In this document: positions 49,351 to 62,690 of the stretch, piece after piece
Layout: the number at the start of each line of letters is the position of its first letter
Numbering within the stretch: position 1 is the first letter of the stretch
Assembly (NCBI GenBank): GCA_022605425.2
Contig: CM061248.1
Location: forward strand, 310,001-374,000
Direction: 5' to 3'
DNA length: 64,000 nt
Origin: Hamiltosporidium tvaerminnensis FI-OER-3-3
Taxonomy: Eukaryota; Fungi; Microsporidia
The notes under the pieces: generated by a model
Seen by the model: the letters and a program-made list of their open reading frames with translations, nothing else
Told to the model about the DNA's origin: nothing
The model's database searches: none
Made by a program: the position numbers and the translations under genes

Positions 49351-51657
49351 ACAATTATTAGATTATCAAATATATTTATTGTTGGTAAACGAAAATTATA
49401 ACGACTTGTGCTCATATAAAGAGATAAATTTTCTTAAAAATTTGAATTCATATCTAAACAAAAATTTGAATGCATTCTCTATTTAGTTATATTATTTTGA
49501 AAAATGTAAGTATTTGATATTTAGTCTAGGGATATACATTGCACCGATAACAAACATGGTAAAAGAAAACAGTAAAAAAAGACTAGGATAATGTCTAATT
49601 AGAAATTCAGATTAGGTCCGTCTGATTAAACCAAAATCCTTAAACGTGGTAGTATATAGACAAGAGACCTGAAATTACAGCCTAAGTATCAATATTTTGA
49701 TTATAAAGTCAATAATAGAGAAAACAAAAAATTAACAACTTAAAAAGCATTCAAGGAATGTTTCTAGAAAACAATCTCATAAACTTATAAGGACCTTTTG
49801 GGCTAAGCTTATAATTTTTACTTATTTCTTTAAAATCACTATACTCTACATTGAGATTCGAAATTTTTAGTATTTTAGAATTAAAATAAGCTCATTAATA
49901 AATATTTGAATACCTGTAGCATAGATCTCATTATAATAAATGAAATCTTGAATCAATTTGGATTCGATATATGAGATTATACATAAAAATGCAAAATATT
50001 AATTAAATATGTAATACATTTGAAGATTTTAGCTGTTAAAACGATTGGAATCCATTCAATATAATATAAAAATATATTGACCGTTTTTATATCGATTTAT
50101 ACATCAGACAGAATATGAATCAAAAAAATATCATACTTTTTTAAAAAAATTGCCGTCTTAGCATTCAAACACGCCGAGTCAAATATTAAAAGCTGATGAG
50201 GACATTCGAGTATTGCATGAGCTTTTTTATATAAAATACTCACCTTAAATTCCTTTTTGATCTCTCTGTGTCGAAGATGAACACATGAAAGTTTTCTATT
50301 TGTTTCTTTTAATCTGTTGTAGCCCGTGATTATAGGGATTTGCATATAGATCCCTTGTGATTTATGTCCCACTGCAATAGCGTCAACGATTTTTGCCCAA
50401 TTATACGCACTCATTGCCAAGCAAATAGTTTTTAATGTGGTTATTCCCACTCCACTTTTTATCTAAAATACTCGAGAAAAATACTTATACTGACGGTATT
50501 ACAGTGTTTTTATGAAAAAATATATGATAATCTCAATATCACCGAGCTTAATACAACTCTACAGTTATAAATTCATGAGAAAATTTGAAAAAGTAGAGTT
50601 CACATAGTCTTTTTCAAAGACAATAGCAAATTTTTTATCAACAAAATATATTGAACGATATAGCAATATAAAATTGCAACATAAAGCGCAAGAATGCGAC
50701 TAGCTGTTCTGTTATGTTTCACTTGCAATTTATAGATGCATTCAATGCAAGGAAAACACCATGAATTAAAGATAATATATCTAGGACAAAGAAAGTTTTG
50801 TGATTTTTTATATTAAATCATAATTTAATTTCTAAAAAAGGTTTACAGCGACAGATATAAAACAAATAGAATTGTTATCATCGAAATTGGAGATAACCGA
50901 ACACGATACCATAGCGTCAAGTTGTAATAATTTTATCATTTTCCTTTAAGCACATCAAACAAGTATCTTTATCAAAAGAGATAATACCTCTTATTAAAAA
51001 AGTAATATTTTGCCTTAGATCATTCATAGTTGAAAAACTTTTGTTGCAAACAACACTAACAAGAACAATTTTTTTTATATTTTTCAAGGATACATTTAGA
51101 CTACTTTGAGCAATAAAAATCATTTAATTCTCATCAAATTAAACATGAAAAACGTATGTTTAAAAAAAAATCAGCCGTGGAAATACTAGGAATTGAATAA
51201 ATTAAAATTATAAGTTTTTTATTAATATTTTTAACGTTTTTTTTTTCTGTGTAATTTGAATAAGTTATGGTCAAAAAATTTGTGTACAATGGCCATTTTG
51301 TTTTAATAAAAAGTTGAAAAAAAACAGAGTTAAAAACTGAAAATTGTGATTATAATCATAATAACGTTTATTATTTCACTAAATTTAAATTCTAATATTA
51401 TCAATAACATATTAGACACCCAAGTTTCGATTGTATGAATTTAAATTGGGTGTAAGATTTTCTTTCTGTGCTCATGAATTTTTTACTTGTTATAATACTA
51501 TCGAGCTTCTCTTTTTATAACTAAAATTACAACTTTAATCCATTATAATTTGTTTACTTACAGTAAACAAAATATAAAAAAATAATTTTAGACTGTTTTC
51601 TACAATTAAAAACTTTATTCGTTATTTGTATTAAAAATATAAAAATTGCCCTTGGAA

Positions 51658-54600
51658 ATGTACATTCGAAAACTGAATATTAATAATTTTAAAAGCTTTT
51701 ATGGTTTAAACACGATAACGTTTTCATCTGGAAAAACATTTATAATTGGAAAAAATGGATCAGGAAAATCCAACTTACTTTCGGCTTTACACCTTCTTAT
51801 TACACCAAAGATTCTTTCTTCAATCCAAATAGAATCGTTATTATATGAAAATTCTAATGATACTACATCATGGATTGAAGGACTTTTTAGTAATGAAAGA
51901 GGTATTTTTCCTTCTACTGAATTTTTTACACTAAAAAGATGTTTTTCTTTGGGAAAAGACGAATATTTTTTGAATGAAAAACATATTTCTCATAAAGATT
52001 TAGCAGATATGTTTGAAAACTGCGGAATATCTACTTTGATTACAGAGAATCAAAATTTGGAAGAAACTAATTTGAAAGGAGATGAAATCGAAAACATTAC
52101 AAACAGAGAAAATGATTTAAAGCAAGAATGTAGGGAAAACAAAAATATGACACCGTGTCCTACCTTTTCCAATCCATTTATTTATATTCCACAAAATACT
52201 ATTACAAGAATTTCTAATCTTTCTCCAAAAGATTTATATGTTCTTCTTCAAGAAATATCGGGAACTGTTTTATATGAGCAAGATAAAGAAAGTATTAAAG
52301 GACTTCTTGATTCGACTGTACATTCAGAAAAGAAAATCGAAACATTTTACCAGACATTACAGACAAGAATGTTACATTTAAAAAGACAGAGAGATTTATT
52401 AAAAGAATACGAAAGTTTAGAAAAGAAAAAAAAATCAATTGAATATAAAATTTTTAAAAATGAAATGAGCAACATCGATAAAGAAATAAATGAAATAGAA
52501 AGTCATAAAACGATGGGAATAAATTCAAAAGAAACCGAAATAGAAAGTGATTCAACTGAAGAAAACGAAAAATCATTTAAATTACGAAATTATCGAAGTC
52601 AAATTGAAAATCTTTTAAAAAAAAGAACAAAAATTGTACAACAAAAAGAAAATTTGAAAAACGAAATTCAAACAGAATTTAAAACAACTGATATAAAAGA
52701 AATTGAAGAAAAGGAAACTTTAGAAAGTATTACTACTCAAATTCAAGAAATTGTTAAAAAAAAGGAAAAAATACAAGAAGAATTTAAAAATGTTAAAAAT
52801 TCACTTAATAATCTTCAAGAAGAACACGAAGAAAGCATTTTAAATTTGAAAGTAATGGAATATGAAGAAGGTTTCTTTAAAGTTTACGATCCTGAAAATA
52901 CCGAAATCGAAATTAAAAAAACCGAAGAAAATTTAAAAATAAAAGAAACTGAATTGAAAGAATTGGAAAATAAAAAAATGAAAACAGAAAACAAAAAAAA
53001 TTTGGATTCAGAAGATCTAAAAATTGAAAATTACAACTTTTTAATTGATAAACGCAAATCTTTATGGAGAGACCAGAAAAAAACTAAAGAAAATATTTTA
53101 TCACTGAAAGAAAAACTCACTACAGTGCAAAACAAAGTATATATTTCTTGTCTAAGTTATTTTTCTTATTTAGAAATAAAGAATATTCAAGGTATTTACG
53201 GTTGCGTTTTTGAACTCATCGATATTCCAGAAGATCTTTTTAAGGCGGTAGAATCGGTTTGTAGAAATTCTTTATTTAATGTTGTTTGTGAAAATGAAGA
53301 CGTAGCTACAAATGTTATTCCTAAGCTAAAAAATAGCGTTACTTTTATTCCTTTGAATCGTATTGAAATAAATTACAAATCTAAAAATATTGAAAATGCA
53401 GTACCAATAGATTCCTTTATAAAATGTGATGAGAAATTTAAAACGGTAGTAAAAATGGTTACCAAAGGTTGTTACCTTGTTTCGGATATAAAGACAGCTG
53501 TAGCTATCTCACGACTTCACAATGTAAATACAGTGACACGAGATGGTGATTATGTAAGTAGAAAGGGCGGTGTAAGTTGTGGAATCGATGGAAAAGGTTT
53601 TTTAAGGGAAATAAGAGAATTACTTGTTATGAAAGATATTAAAGAAGAGGATTTAAAAAAAATAGAGAATGAAATTTCAATTCTATCTGAAAAAATTCAA
53701 TTTTTAGATTCAATCGAGACTAAAAATTCCGAGGTTTTTGATTCTTCAGACACTTTCAGCCTTCGTGTTTTGATATTATTTATGCATAAAAAGATTAAAT
53801 TATTAAAAAACGGAATATCGCAAAGTTTTATGCGATCGCATAAAAATGATTTAGAAATTTTGAAAAATAAAATTGTAAAAATAAAATCTATGATTGAAGA
53901 AAATACGAATTTTGAACATAGATTTACAAAGAAAATTAATGAAATTGGTGATAAAATACGATTCCTTTATAAAACAAAAGAGTACTTTGCCTTAAAAGAA
54001 GATGAAAATTATATTGATGCTGGAGTTGAAATGTTAAGGTACAAAATAACAAAACATATGGAAAGTGAGTATAAAATTCCAACACAGGCAGATTTTTCTT
54101 CTTTTGAATTTGAAAAACAAGCAGTCAGAAAAAATATTTTAATTGAGAAAAAAATGAACATTAAAAATAAATTAAGAGAACTGGCTTCTTTCTATGAAAA
54201 CAAGTCTTTGGTTTTCAAAGAAGAATCCAATGAATTTCTTTATAAAAAATTAAGCGAAATAAACGAAAAATTAAAAAAATATGCTTCCGTTAATAAACGT
54301 ACAATTTCATTGTACAACAGTTGTTTTGAACAAAACGAAAGTATCTGTAAAAGAATAGAAGAATTAAAAATAGGAAAAGTCGAAATAAAAACATTTTTGG
54401 AGGAATTAGAGGAAAGAAGTAAAGAATCGATTGCTTCTACGTTTTTACTGCTTAAAAAATATTTTAAAATATTTTACAACGATTTAATGGAAGGTAATGG
54501 CGATTTGATTTTAACTGAAAACGAAATGAAAATTATTACCCATGTAGGTGATACAGTAATGAGTGGTGGCCAAAAAACTTTGGTAGCATTGTCTTTATTG

Positions 54601-54849
54601 TTTTCTATACAAAAAATTGAACCATCTCCTTTTTACTTTTTTGATGAAATAGATGCCAATCTTGATTCAAATTCACGTAAAAAACTTCTTTCTGTTCTTA
54701 AAAATATAGAAAGTCAATTTATATTTACTACTTTTAGAAATGACATGTTAGATATTGGAGATAAATTTTTTGGTGTTCTATTTTCTGATAAAAAGTCGAG
54801 TGTCTCTGAAATTGATAAAAGTACAGCAAAAGAGTTTTTAAATGAATAA
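51658..54849 (+). CDS. SMC3: Cohesin subunit SMC3
   Basis: MYIRKLNINNFKSF, Walker A GKNGSGKSN, hinge (GIYG, VTFIPLNR), MSGGQKTLVALSL, PFYFFDEIDANLD. Start at ATG 51658 after GCCCTTGGAA rather than TTG 51646. Confidence 0.92.
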   Translation: MYIRKLNINNFKSFYGLNTITFSSGKTFIIGKNGSGKSNLLSALHLLITPKILSSIQIESLLYENSNDTTSWIEGLFSNERGIFPSTEFFTLKRCFSLGKDEYFLNEKHISHKDLADMFENCGISTLITENQNLEETNLKGDEIENITNRENDLKQECRENKNMTPCPTFSNPFIYIPQNTITRISNLSPKDLYVLLQEISGTVLYEQDKESIKGLLDSTVHSEKKIETFYQTLQTRMLHLKRQRDLLKEYESLEKKKKSIEYKIFKNEMSNIDKEINEIESHKTMGINSKETEIESDSTEENEKSFKLRNYRSQIENLLKKRTKIVQQKENLKNEIQTEFKTTDIKEIEEKETLESITTQIQEIVKKKEKIQEEFKNVKNSLNNLQEEHEESILNLKVMEYEEGFFKVYDPENTEIEIKKTEENLKIKETELKELENKKMKTENKKNLDSEDLKIENYNFLIDKRKSLWRDQKKTKENILSLKEKLTTVQNKVYISCLSYFSYLEIKNIQGIYGCVFELIDIPEDLFKAVESVCRNSLFNVVCENEDVATNVIPKLKNSVTFIPLNRIEINYKSKNIENAVPIDSFIKCDEKFKTVVKMVTKGCYLVSDIKTAVAISRLHNVNTVTRDGDYVSRKGGVSCGIDGKGFLREIRELLVMKDIKEEDLKKIENEISILSEKIQFLDSIETKNSEVFDSSDTFSLRVLILFMHKKIKLLKNGISQSFMRSHKNDLEILKNKIVKIKSMIEENTNFEHRFTKKINEIGDKIRFLYKTKEYFALKEDENYIDAGVEMLRYKITKHMESEYKIPTQADFSSFEFEKQAVRKNILIEKKMNIKNKLRELASFYENKSLVFKEESNEFLYKKLSEINEKLKKYASVNKRTISLYNSCFEQNESICKRIEELKIGKVEIKTFLEELEERSKESIASTFLLLKKYFKIFYNDLMEGNGDLILTENEMKIITHVGDTVMSGGQKTLVALSLLFSIQKIEPSPFYFFDEIDANLDSNSRKKLLSVLKNIESQFIFTTFRNDMLDIGDKFFGVLFSDKKSSVSEIDKSTAKEFLNE

Positions 54850-56910
54850 TTAGTTTAATAAAAGTACGATTTTTTAAAAATTTAAATTTTTTTAATTTTG
54901 GTACCTTTTATTTCCATTTCTTTAAAAAAAACTGATAAAGTTTTAATTTAATATCAAATATTCGAAAATTTCTTTAACCTTTTGGACTGTATTTGATTTG
55001 AAATTCTTAAAAAACTAGTAATTGTTTTCTTGAATTCACTAACTGACTTATAATTTCTCATTGTTTTTATTTAGGCTTTTATACCCTCACCTGGTCTGAT
55101 GCTCACATGTTTTTTTTATTCTTTCGTATGTGAATTTTTTGACCGATGTGGAACGATTTCGCAATAAAAATTCGGGATTTTTAAATATCTCATTTTAATC
55201 CTTGTGTTTATTTACTTTTGATTTTCAAAGCTTCAGCTCGGTGTGATCTAGTTTTTCGGTTCATTTTAATTTATATTTTTACTTATTCCTTTTAATTCGT
55301 TGGTATTTATTCGTGTAAAGTGTTTTCGTAATAAGAAAAAACAATGTTTTTAGCAATAAAATATTAGTTAATTCAAAAATTATATAAATTCCTTGTTCTT
55401 TTTATCGAGAATAAGTTAATTTAAACAGATATAAAATTTCATATTGTTTTAACAATATTGTTTTTGCAATTATTAATAAGAATATGAATAAAATGGACAG
55501 ATAAAAGTCAAAAAAAAGATTAAAAATATCATACATTCGTTTTGTAAAGGTAAAAAAAAAGCTTAAAAGAGAATTCTAATAAATTTATTTGGTAGAATTT
55601 TTCGAGTTAAATTTGAAAAGGTAATAATAATATTTTTTAAGGCTTTATTGTGATGTACTAATATCTAGAAAATATGATTATCAATGGTCAAAGTAAATAT
55701 TTTTTTAAAACAATCAAACTTTTAAGTGTTTTATGTTCTACTTCTGCACTCTATTAGTTCTATAAGATTTATGAAGAGCCAGTAAATGTCATATTTTTAC
55801 TGGCAAAAACTATTGGATTCTTACTTTTTTCGAACCAATAACATTCGAGGCGAGAGTTTCCGTCGCCTGCTCATGGAATTCCATTTCATTGCTAGATTAT
55901 ATAAATGATTGTAATATATTACTCACATTTATTATGATTAAAACTAGCTCTTAAGCTCGTGGAAACAAACTTAATTTTACATTCAACAAAAAAATAAAAC
56001 TACCTTAAATTAACTTTTTCAACATCATTAGCTTATCTATATGGATTTTATATATTGTTCAAATTTTTAAAAACCTCGTAATCTGTGTACTCGATACTTC
56101 TTTAGCCTTTTAGATCTGGATTTTTAGCTTCTCTTAGACAATTTGATAATAAGTTTTCAAAATATATTAATCTAATCATATTTTTCATATTCGGTTTTAT
56201 TTTGTTTTAAATTTGTAGTAGTCCAAGTAATTATTTCTTTTTTTACTAAATTAAGATCATCATCTATTTTCATCATATCCGCTTGATTTTTCGTGGCCTT
56301 TATTCATGTGAAGAGTTTTCTTTGTTTATAAAAACGGTTTTTTACGTTACAGAATTTATTAGAGAATTGAATAATTAATCAGATTCCTAGTTATCTATAT
56401 TTAGATTTTTTAATTTAATCAGGTATAAAATTACATGAGACTATTCCACCAGATGCTATTTTAGGACTATTATTGAAGATATGAATAAAAGCACAGTAAA
56501 ATGACTAAAAGAATCAATTTTATCGTGCACTGCCTTATGTAATTGTGAAAATTCTTAGAAAAAAATATCTGAATATATTGATTCAAATTTTTAGAAAAAT
56601 AAAAAAGAATAAACTTTATTACGTTGTTCTTCCTACATACTAGAATCTAGAAAGGATGTTAAGAGTAATTACTTCGAATATGACTTTAAACCAATTAAAC
56701 GATTTCATTTGTTTCATGTCTTATTTCTCCTACTATTGTTGCTATGTAAAACTTATGAACAAATCAGAAGTCATTATTCTTAATTGAAGCATTATTATTG
56801 GTGTTTTTCTTTTTTATAAAACGATTAAACACTTTGAGGTGAGTCTTTGGGACATAAATTACATCAATCGATCATGTAAATGATAAATAATCTAAATATT
56901 CTAAAATTAA

Positions 56911-59073
56911 TGTCACGAGCCAATAAACCCCCCCATGTCCAATAGAACCCCCGTTATTTTCTATACACCCCCCTTTATTTTTTAATGATTTATAGAACCC
57001 CCGTTATTTTCGAATGATTTATAGAACCCCCGTTATTTTCATATATTTTACCTAAGGGTCATATATTTGAAAAAAGGATGTGATTTTTTGCCTAAATTTA
57101 AAAGAGGGTCTCTTTAGAAAATGCTTATCTAGTTTTTAACTTATATTTCCTGACAAAAAAATATTTCAAGTTTTGCCAGAATAAATATAAAAACTTTAAT
57201 GATAATACTTTAATAATAAAAAATGCCATAATAATTACAAAGTAAACTAAATTAAACTCGTTTTATTGCGCCACTAAAAACTGCTATTGTATCATCATTG
57301 TTTTTTACTTCAATCATGTTGTTCATCAAAATAGCGGTAACTGAAAAACCGAATTATCGTACAAAAAGAGTCAAAAGGCACTCTTTTAGTTTTAGTATTC
57401 ATATCGAAGTCTTTTTTATCAAAACTTGATGTCCAATAGAAAAATCCCTCTTTAGTTTATTCGAATTTTTGCTTTCTATAATTCTTTCTCTATAGTTTTT
57501 ATAAGGCTTAGCCACATCCGAACGAATCTTACTATTGCTTGCGAGATCATCGGGTATTATAGTGTTTGTAGGGGTTACTGTTTCAGTAAATTTTTCACGT
57601 ACATCCGAGGCGATTTCCAGGATTCATTGTGTATACGCTGCATTTTCTTCGACTAAAACTATATCAGGATCTATATCAATAGCAGGTACTATCATACTGG
57701 CTTCTTTTCAACTATTATGCTTCTAGAAAGTGGATTGTTAAAACCCGGTTGTCAGAAGAAAAGCATAAATGGAGATTTGTTTGTTAATCTATGTATTGTT
57801 CTGTTATATGCACAAATAACATTGTTAAGATGTTCAATCCAGCTTCTTCCACCTGTTTCATGTAATTTCTTCGCTAGCCATCTTTTTATGGTTTGATTTA
57901 CACGTTCCACTTGACCTTGCGCCTTCGAATTGCGTCGTCTTCCATGTAATTCTTACGTTGAGATCTGTTAAAAAGGCTTCAACTAGTGCATTTTTAAACT
58001 CTCGACCGTTATCGGATTGTATTGCCACTGGGACACCGATGTTGTCAAATAAAAATTTTAATGAATATCTTACTAATTTTGAAGTTTTATTAATCAGCTT
58101 AAAGTACCAGAGATGTTTTGTGTATGTGTCAATTACATTAAGAATCCAGATATATTGATCATTTTGATCACTATATCTCTTGTGATTTACACAATCCATC
58201 ATAAATAGATCTTATTTTTTGGTAATAGGATTTATAATATTGGCTGATTTGTTTTTAGAGAATTGAATCGACTACATGCTTCACCCTCTTTTCATACTCT
58301 TTTACATATTCCTTGGGAATTCCATAGTATTTTTGTGCAATCAAAGCCATCATTTTATTTACTCCGATGTGTGCAACAGCATGTTCTGTTTGAATAATTT
58401 GTTTAATCAAGGCAGTTTCAAATCCAAAAACGGCTTTTATTAGATGATCGCGCCTTTTAAAACAAATATCATCTCCGAGCAAAGTAAAATGTTCCGCCTT
58501 CTGCCTCAACAACCCCTTTTCTTCTTTGGCATACGCAGTTGGATACTGACCGGTTTTTAAATTTGACTTAAGAATTTCTTTTTCTTTCTTATTTTTGAAA
58601 CTTACAATCTTTGGCATTTTGGTTACATTATGTTTTTATATATATATAAAATGAATACTTAGAAAAAAAACAAATAATAGGAAACCATTAATCAAATGTA
58701 TATACAATTTTATGTTGTTTAGTGCCTGTATCAAATTCTACAACGAAAATTTGCCTTACAAATACTAACAAATGCAAATAACTGAAAAAAGCAAAAAGGA
58801 ACTGAAAAGAAAAATATAAATTTTATTGGATATTTAATTCTTAATTAACACATCGTGTTTGTTTATATAAAAGAAATGTTAAAAAAGGATGGATAAGAAA
58901 TATTGGAAAAGAAACTAAAATAAGAAGATCTATACGAATAAAGGGAATAAATGGGTTATAAGGATATAGAAATTAAAAGGCTATATGAAAAAATAAAGGG
59001 TGTTATCAAGATTAAAAATGTATAGGAAATAAAGGGGGTTCTATTGAGCATGGGGGGTTATTGGCCCGTGACA
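56911..59073 (-). mobile_element. Ginger-like (retroviral-integrase-type) DNA transposon with TGT..ACA TIRs
   Basis: Left end TGTCACGAGCCAATAAACCCCCCATGTCCAATAGAACCCCC matches the reverse complement of the right end (TGTCACGGGCCAATAACCCCCCATGCTCAATAGAACCCCC). Subterminal TAGAACCCCCGTTATTTT x3; flanks ATTAA/ATTTA; integrase only, no gag or RT. Confidence 0.85.
57260..58617 (-). pseudogene. Frameshifted integrase/transposase (H2C2 zinc finger + rve DDE core)
   Basis: EHAVAHIGVNKM, MMDCV, WILNVIDTYTK, IQSDNGREF, QGQVERVNQTIKRWL across frames. Confidence 0.88.
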
Positions 59074-59127
59074 ATTTATAAGAGGGAATTTGCTTTAGTA
59101 AGAAAAATTTAAATGATTAGAGAATTT

Positions 59128-60333
59128 GGTTGGACTATTGATGAAAGCCAGAGGAAAATGAAAATTCTTTAGGGGTCAAAATTCTTTTATTCTTACCGCT
59201 TTTTTGTCAATTTACAATAAAAAATTTAAAAATTACAAAATATTTACGACCTTAATAAATATTTAAATTTTGCCTTAAAATTTCTCACTTAAAAGTAACG
59301 AAATTTTCTATTTATATGATACCTGTTAACGATTAAGAACTATTTATTAAAATCTGTAAAATGCAAATAAGAAACGACAGTGACTTAGGGGAGCATTTAT
59401 TATTAGAACAACACGATTTGGTTAATCATGTTTTGTTTGTAATAGAACTCTAAACGGCTTCATTTTTTCTTTAGGAAAGATTTGTTTTCGCTGTACGTTT
59501 TTTGATAAGAAATATACCGAATATTGCTTCGATGCAATTGAAAATTACAAAATTGGAATTCATGGTGTAATTTATATCATTCGAAGGTTTACATTTGAAC
59601 TTGCCATATGATTTCATCAAAGCAATACATGGTTTTTTATATGTAAACTATAGCTGATTCTATGAAAGACTTGTAATTGCGAATACAAAATGACTGTTTA
59701 TATTCCTTTTAGAAAATTGGTGAACCTGGAGAAATAGGGAAATAGATTCATTCAGTTATAGGCAAGAGAAAGTATGATAGAGGTCGTCTTATTGGTCAAT
59801 AATAGGGTGTTTAGAGCTATTTCGAGCACGACAAAGAGATTCTATATGCAAATTGTTCCAAATAGAACGTTGGGGCTTTTAAAAATGCTGTATATAATTC
59901 TATCTATTCAGGAAGTACAGTATATTCCGCTGAACACCAGTTCATACCTATTAATATTTAGAGAAAATTAAGATTTCTCTTATAATAGGTGTGAGCCATT
60001 CAACAAATTTTATATCAGAATCGGGTGTTCATACAAACACAATTATAAATTTATGGTCGCATTCAAAAGGTTTAAAACAAAAGATAATTTTAACAAAAGG
60101 CTTCAAGTTGAATGATTACATTTACGAATATTTTTTTAGGAAAAACATCGATGTAAGGCACGAAAGTACACTGTTTTTAAAATCATTGGAACTTTTTATC
60201 AAATAATGTGGATCAATATTTTACATGATTTTATCACATTAAAATTAAACTTACAAAAAAGCTGGGCAAAATAAAAAGATTTTACTCCTAAAAAATTTTC
60301 ATTTTCCCTCTGGCCTTCATCAAAAGTCCAATT
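59128..60333 (+). mobile_element. Merlin (IS1595/ISXO2-like) DNA transposon, decayed, with ~60-bp TIRs and 8-bp TSD
   Basis: TSD GAGAATTT at 59120-59127 and 60334-60341; TIR GGTTGGACTATTGATGAAAGCCAGAGG; transposase remnants IGEPGEIG.ID, VFRAIS..MQIVPNRT, SHSTNF..GVHTNTIINLWS. Confidence 0.88.
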
Positions 60334-61351
60334 GAGAATTTGATTTTTTAAATAATTAGATATTACACTTGTAGCAACAAACTTTCATTTACATTCATAA
60401 GAAAAAATGCTTAAAATATTATTGGTTTTCATTATTTGAGCCATAATTCCTCAATCATCTCAACAAAAATTTTATACTCTCATCTAGTCTGTTTTTCGTA
60501 TATTTTTTAGTCTTTCATATAATATTTTTAGTAGTCTGCATGATATTTCTCATTAAAATTTAGGATGTTTTTCAATTAGCATATTCTTCTTCCATTTTTC
60601 ATTTAATTTCAATCTTTTCAGAGCTTTGGCCCGGCATTTTATGTTTAGCATGTTCACTTTCCACATATTTTTATTCAATTCTGTCGTTTTTCTTGAAGAA
60701 ATTTATTCAAATGAAGAATTTTTTTGTCTCAAATCACCATTCTTTTAACCATATGCTGTATTATTTAATTTGTTTATTGTATAATTCTCTGTTATTTCAA
60801 TCAAAAATCTTTTAGTTTAATCAAGTATAGAGTTCCACGACGCTTTTCAAGCAAAATTGCTTTGTGGATTTATTATTAAGAATATAAACATATTATACAG
60901 AAAAATTGTAGAAAAGCATCAATCTTATTATATAATTCTCCATACCACCGTAAATTTGTAGAAAAAAACAGAACAAATTGATTTGATTTTTTTTGGCAAT
61001 AAAAACTTTAGAAAAATTAAAAAAACCGATTTATTATGTTATTCTTGATAAATAATACAATTTAGAAGAAAATTTACGTATTTTATTTCAAATATTTTTT
61101 GTTTTGAAAGAATGGAAATATTTTAATTGTTTTAAGTCCAGCGCTACTCACAATTTTTGGTTCTGTAAGATTTCTGAACAAATAAAAAGAGACATATTTT
61201 AATTGAAGCACTCTTAATGATGTATTATAGTCTTAGAACCAATTAAACATTTCGAGCTGAGTCGACGTCGGGACTTTACTGAATTTTATAAATTATAAAC
61301 TACTCAATTGAAGAAAATAAAATAAAATTTTACCTAAAAGAAATATAAATG

Positions 61352-62640
61352 ATAGCTTTATTCGTGCATGGCTTCGATTAAAAAAAAATGGAAATTCAGA
61401 GCCACAAAAATGGAAACAGCACATCGCCAACTATAAATTTTTATAGTTTATTTATTTATTGGTGTACTTTGAGTTACAAAATAATCTTTGTTTTTTGTCG
61501 AGTGTATATACATATGCAAATAAAACCGAGGTTTTCCCGATGTCAATTGCTAATAGAGTTATTTATGTTAAAAGCATCGATTCTCAAATTTATTCTAAGC
61601 ACCGCGGCGATTTTCTTTGTGTTCTGTTTACGGTTTTCGTAAAAGAAAATTCAGCATGAAACTGAAAAGTTTGAATTTAAATGGCTTATTTATTGGAAGT
61701 CTTAAAATGCGTAGTAACTGCGATCTTCTTATTCGAATTCCAATTCAAAATTGTGACAACGATGAATTTTGCACTGGTTTTCTTACCGAAATTGTCATGC
61801 CGTTTTAAGCCGTGGTTGAATAATGTTTCGGAAAAGAAATAAATATCCTCCATTTTTACTTATTAATGAAATATATTAACCGAAATATAGCGGTTTTAAT
61901 AATTCTGTTGGGCAATCGCCAACTTCTTCGCGATTCATCACTGTATCGAAAATCTTAATTATATCGCTTCGGCTGGTATTTAAGTTTAAATTTTGAATTA
62001 ATGATCTTTAGATAAAGGTTGGTAGCGGATATACAGCATGTATACTGAGCTACGCATTGATTTTGTAATTTACAATGATATTTGTGAAAAAAATTTGAGA
62101 CAAACTGTCTATAGTTGATGTCAGCTTAAAATTTTTTCGGGATTGTGATAGATTGTGTATACTGTCGATTGTAATATTCAATTTCCTAATATTCAGCAAT
62201 ATTTTGGGCGAAAAGTTTGACGAAGGCATCATTTTGTAAATGATCTCGCATATTTGTTTTCATGGTAAATTTGTTTAACAAGTGTCATAAAACTGATGGA
62301 TAAAGACATCTATTTAGTATACCAGTTAATGTTGAGTGGGAAAAACTGGTTGAGTTTGGCAAAAATTCACAAGAGAATAAAATCGGTACTCATCGAAAAG
62401 ACTGTACATTCCCTCTCGATCTCTGCAGTATATTTTCAAGAGCTTCCAATACTTTGTGTGGGCTATTATACATTCGCCTCTAAATAATAAGAACACATGC
62501 TTGAAGAACTTTGCCCATTTTGAAATTTTTGCGATATTTCATGTTGGTGTTTATCTAATTTACTAATTCAATGGCAATCACATGCTTGATAGGCTCTTAG
62601 ACATCTATCTAAAAGTTTTCCCAAATTCCAGAAAAAACCG
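61352..62640 (-). mobile_element. Degenerate Helitron, PIF1-like helicase C-terminal part and probable 3' end
   Basis: Minus-strand remnants KMGKVLQACVLII..EC..AH, ALE..LQ..RGNVQ.F, DTVMNREEVGDCPTE, PFKFK.FQF; degenerate 3' terminus ..GCACGAATAAAGCTAT near 61352. Confidence 0.8.
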
Positions 62641-62690
62641 AATACAAGATAGATTATATATTATTAATAAATAATAAATGTCGAAATCCT

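Noticed and set aside
50097-50450. 117-aa ORF with GTG start
   Set aside because: Non-ATG start and no recognisable family; probably TE debris.
51646-51657. TTG start for SMC3
   Set aside because: ATG 51658 gives the canonical MYIxKL start with a CCC motif upstream.
56911-59073. LTR retrotransposon
   Set aside because: The termini are inverted rather than direct repeats, and there is no gag, protease or RT.
60400-61100. Possible Mutator-like relic
   Set aside because: Only faint similarity; no TIR or TSD found.
61250-61285. Plus-strand Helitron 3' hairpin (TCGACGTCGG)
   Set aside because: No CTRR terminus and no associated plus-strand element.
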